Below are positions 33,913 to 35,473 of a stretch of DNA of 35,473 nt, piece after piece; position 1 is the first letter of the stretch; each line of letters opens with the position of its first letter. The DNA comes from an uncultured Candidatus Saccharibacteria bacterium. Its GTDB lineage: Bacteria; Patescibacteriota; Dojkabacteria; SC72. Location of the stretch: contig CAZJKB010000001.1 of assembly GCA_964546485.1 (NCBI GenBank), positions 5,140-40,612 on the forward strand. Direction: 5' to 3'. The notes below the pieces were generated by a model that was not told the DNA's origin, made no database searches, and saw only the letters and a list, made by a program, of their open reading frames with translations. The position numbers and the translations under genes were made by a program.

Positions 33913-35303
33913 TGAATAAAATAATACTTAATAAAGACAACACAATAATTAAACCTAAGAAGAAATTCAATATTTTCTATATAATTCTAGGAATACTATT
34001 AATTGGTTTAATAGCATACTCCATTAAAATATTTGCATTTTCAAATAATATTGGGATTAAAATAACTCCTGATGATATTATAAATCCAATAAAAAAAGAC
34101 CCAGAACTTAAAAGAGATTCTTCAGGGAAATTAACTAATGCATTAATAGTAGGAATAGATACAAGAAATGCATCAAGTGATTTGAGAAATACAGATACAA
34201 TGATCCTCGCATCATATAATCATGAAACAAATAATGTTTTAATGTTATCAATTCCAAGAGATTTCTATGTAAAGGTTCCAAATGAAGATTGGTATACCAA
34301 GATAAATGGGATATACCAACATGGGGAGAATAATAAAGTTGGAGGAATGAATCTTCTTAAGACAGTAGTGCAGGAAATTACAGGTTACGAGATTCAATAT
34401 TATGGAATGGTAGATCTACAAGGATTTGTAAAAATTGTTGATACCGTTGGAGGAGTAACAGTAAATGTAGAAAACTCATTCATTGATTATAGATATCCAA
34501 GAGAAGGTAGTGCTGGTTCAGTATATGAAACAATATCATTTACAAAAGGAGTTCAAAATATGAATGGTACAACAGCATTAAAATATGCAAGATCAAGGCA
34601 ATCCATTAATCCATTAGAAGGTTCTGACTTTGCTAGGGCAAGAAGACAACAAAAAGTGATTGTTGCACTCAAGGATAAGATCCTTTCATCAGAGACATTA
34701 TTAAACCCATCTAAAGTACTTGAGATATTAAATACAGTAGAAAAAAATGTAAAACTATCTGAATTTACATCTGAAGATATACAAGCATTAGTAAATCTGG
34801 CTCAAAAACAAAAGGAAAACAAATCAGAAATAAGTAGCTTTGTACTCGACCCATCAATTGCTAATTCTACACTTGTAACAGCAAATGGTTTTAACGTTGG
34901 AAATCTATATGTAATAGGTCCAAAGGCAGGTTTGAATAATTATACAGAGATTAAAAAATATTTTAGTGCTGTTGCTAACAACCCTATACTATATTCTGAA
35001 GATCCAACCGTAATGGTATACAATACTGGCCTTGGAGATAGTGCAAGTAAAGAATATACAAACACATTAAAAAAGAAGTATCCATACATAAATATACAGT
35101 ACTTAGGTACATTATTTAATGATAAAACTGGAAATGTAATATATAGTCATTCTCAAAAAGAATACTTAAAATCACTTGAGATATTAAGTAGCTCTCTTGA
35201 TACTAAAGAAATTGGAAGACCAACATATATCAAAAATGACTTAAATGGCGAAAATATAACAATACTACTAGGAAAACAAATAACTAATACAACAACAGAA
35301 TAA
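33912..35303 (+). CDS. LytR-CpsA-Psr (LCP) family cell-wall glycopolymer ligase with a C-terminal LytR_C-like domain
   Basis: 463 aa with an N-terminal TM. NALIVGIDTRNASSDLRNTDTMILASYN, MLSIPRDFYV, DLQGFVKIVDTVGGVTVNV and GTTALKYARSRQ are LCP core motifs. The start overlaps the mltG stop by 1 nt (TAATG). Confidence 0.88.
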   Translation: MNKIILNKDNTIIKPKKKFNIFYIILGILLIGLIAYSIKIFAFSNNIGIKITPDDIINPIKKDPELKRDSSGKLTNALIVGIDTRNASSDLRNTDTMILASYNHETNNVLMLSIPRDFYVKVPNEDWYTKINGIYQHGENNKVGGMNLLKTVVQEITGYEIQYYGMVDLQGFVKIVDTVGGVTVNVENSFIDYRYPREGSAGSVYETISFTKGVQNMNGTTALKYARSRQSINPLEGSDFARARRQQKVIVALKDKILSSETLLNPSKVLEILNTVEKNVKLSEFTSEDIQALVNLAQKQKENKSEISSFVLDPSIANSTLVTANGFNVGNLYVIGPKAGLNNYTEIKKYFSAVANNPILYSEDPTVMVYNTGLGDSASKEYTNTLKKKYPYINIQYLGTLFNDKTGNVIYSHSQKEYLKSLEILSSSLDTKEIGRPTYIKNDLNGENITILLGKQITNTTTE

Positions 35304-35473
35304 TGGTTAAATTAATACATGGAAATGACTATTTCAGATCCATGAATTATGTAAAAAAGAATATAATTAATACAGATATTAATTATGAAATTATTGACTG
35401 TTTAGACATAGATGCTTCTATTCTCATTGAAAAAATAGCTACTAAAAATATATTCAACCCAATTGATTTATAT
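35304..35473 (+). CDS. 5' end of an ORF, possibly DNA polymerase III delta subunit (holA), truncated by the window edge
   Basis: The ATG sits immediately after the LCP stop (TAATGG). It translates to MVKLIHGNDYFRSMNYVKKNIINTDINYEIIDCLDIDASILIEKIATKNIFNPIDLY and stays open to the window end. The ..l.hGnD.f........i.......e....d.......l.e......F pattern resembles HolA N-termini. It is too short to be sure. Confidence 0.3.

Noticed and set aside
1-35473. Possible alternative genetic code (UGA recoding, as in some candidate phyla). I considered this because the large helicase was missing from the ORF track.
   Set aside because: The helicase is missing only because it has no stop inside the window. 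All conserved genes (pnp, infB, nusA, dnaJ, alaS, mltG) are full-length uninterrupted ORFs under the standard code, and alaS ends at a TGA that overlaps the ruvX ATG.
1-35473. Search for tRNA, rRNA, CRISPR repeats, transposase or integrase genes and long inverted or direct repeats in the intergenic regions.
   Set aside because: The intergenic spacers are all 145 nt or shorter, and promoter, terminator or leader signals account for them. I saw no cloverleaf-capable segment, repeat-spacer periodicity or mobile-element ORF.

Overview
AT-rich (by eye about 30% GC) bacterial window read with the standard genetic code. I call 26 protein-coding genes. Two are truncated by the window edges and are therefore missing from the ORF track: a UvrD/PcrA helicase at 1-1946 (-) and a possible holA at 35304-35473 (+). 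I found no rRNA, tRNA, CRISPR array, transposase or integrase. There are four blocks. (1) 1973-16347 (-): a tightly packed 14.4 kb run of eight genes, all encoding signal-peptide or transmembrane proteins with no housekeeping identity. They include a 1320-aa protein with about 62 cysteines confined to its central 680 aa, FN3-type surface proteins, a Gly-rich polytopic membrane protein, a 990-aa coiled-coil protein with a C-terminal M23 peptidase, and an SH3b wall-binding protein. This is the most interesting part of the window, and I read it as a candidate uncharacterised cell-surface or host-interaction apparatus. (2) rsmE plus an RsmB-family methyltransferase (+), convergent on the conserved nusA-ylxR-infB-(degenerate NrnA-like)-rpsO-pnp block (-), with dnaJ upstream of it. 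(3) A sortase, an orphan solute-binding protein and a cadherin/Ig-like membrane adhesin (+). (4) alaS-ruvX-mltG-LCP-(holA?) (+). IF2 and AlaRS are shortened. Together with the Gram-positive-type wall genes (sortase, LCP, MltG) and the many large surface proteins, this fits a reduced-genome, possibly episymbiotic lineage such as CPR/Patescibacteria; that placement is inference only. At the regulatory level, several first-in-operon genes have a -10 box only 5-8 nt from the ATG and no Shine-Dalgarno sequence, which suggests leaderless mRNAs. rpsO has a textbook promoter followed by a hairpin/pseudoknot-capable leader.
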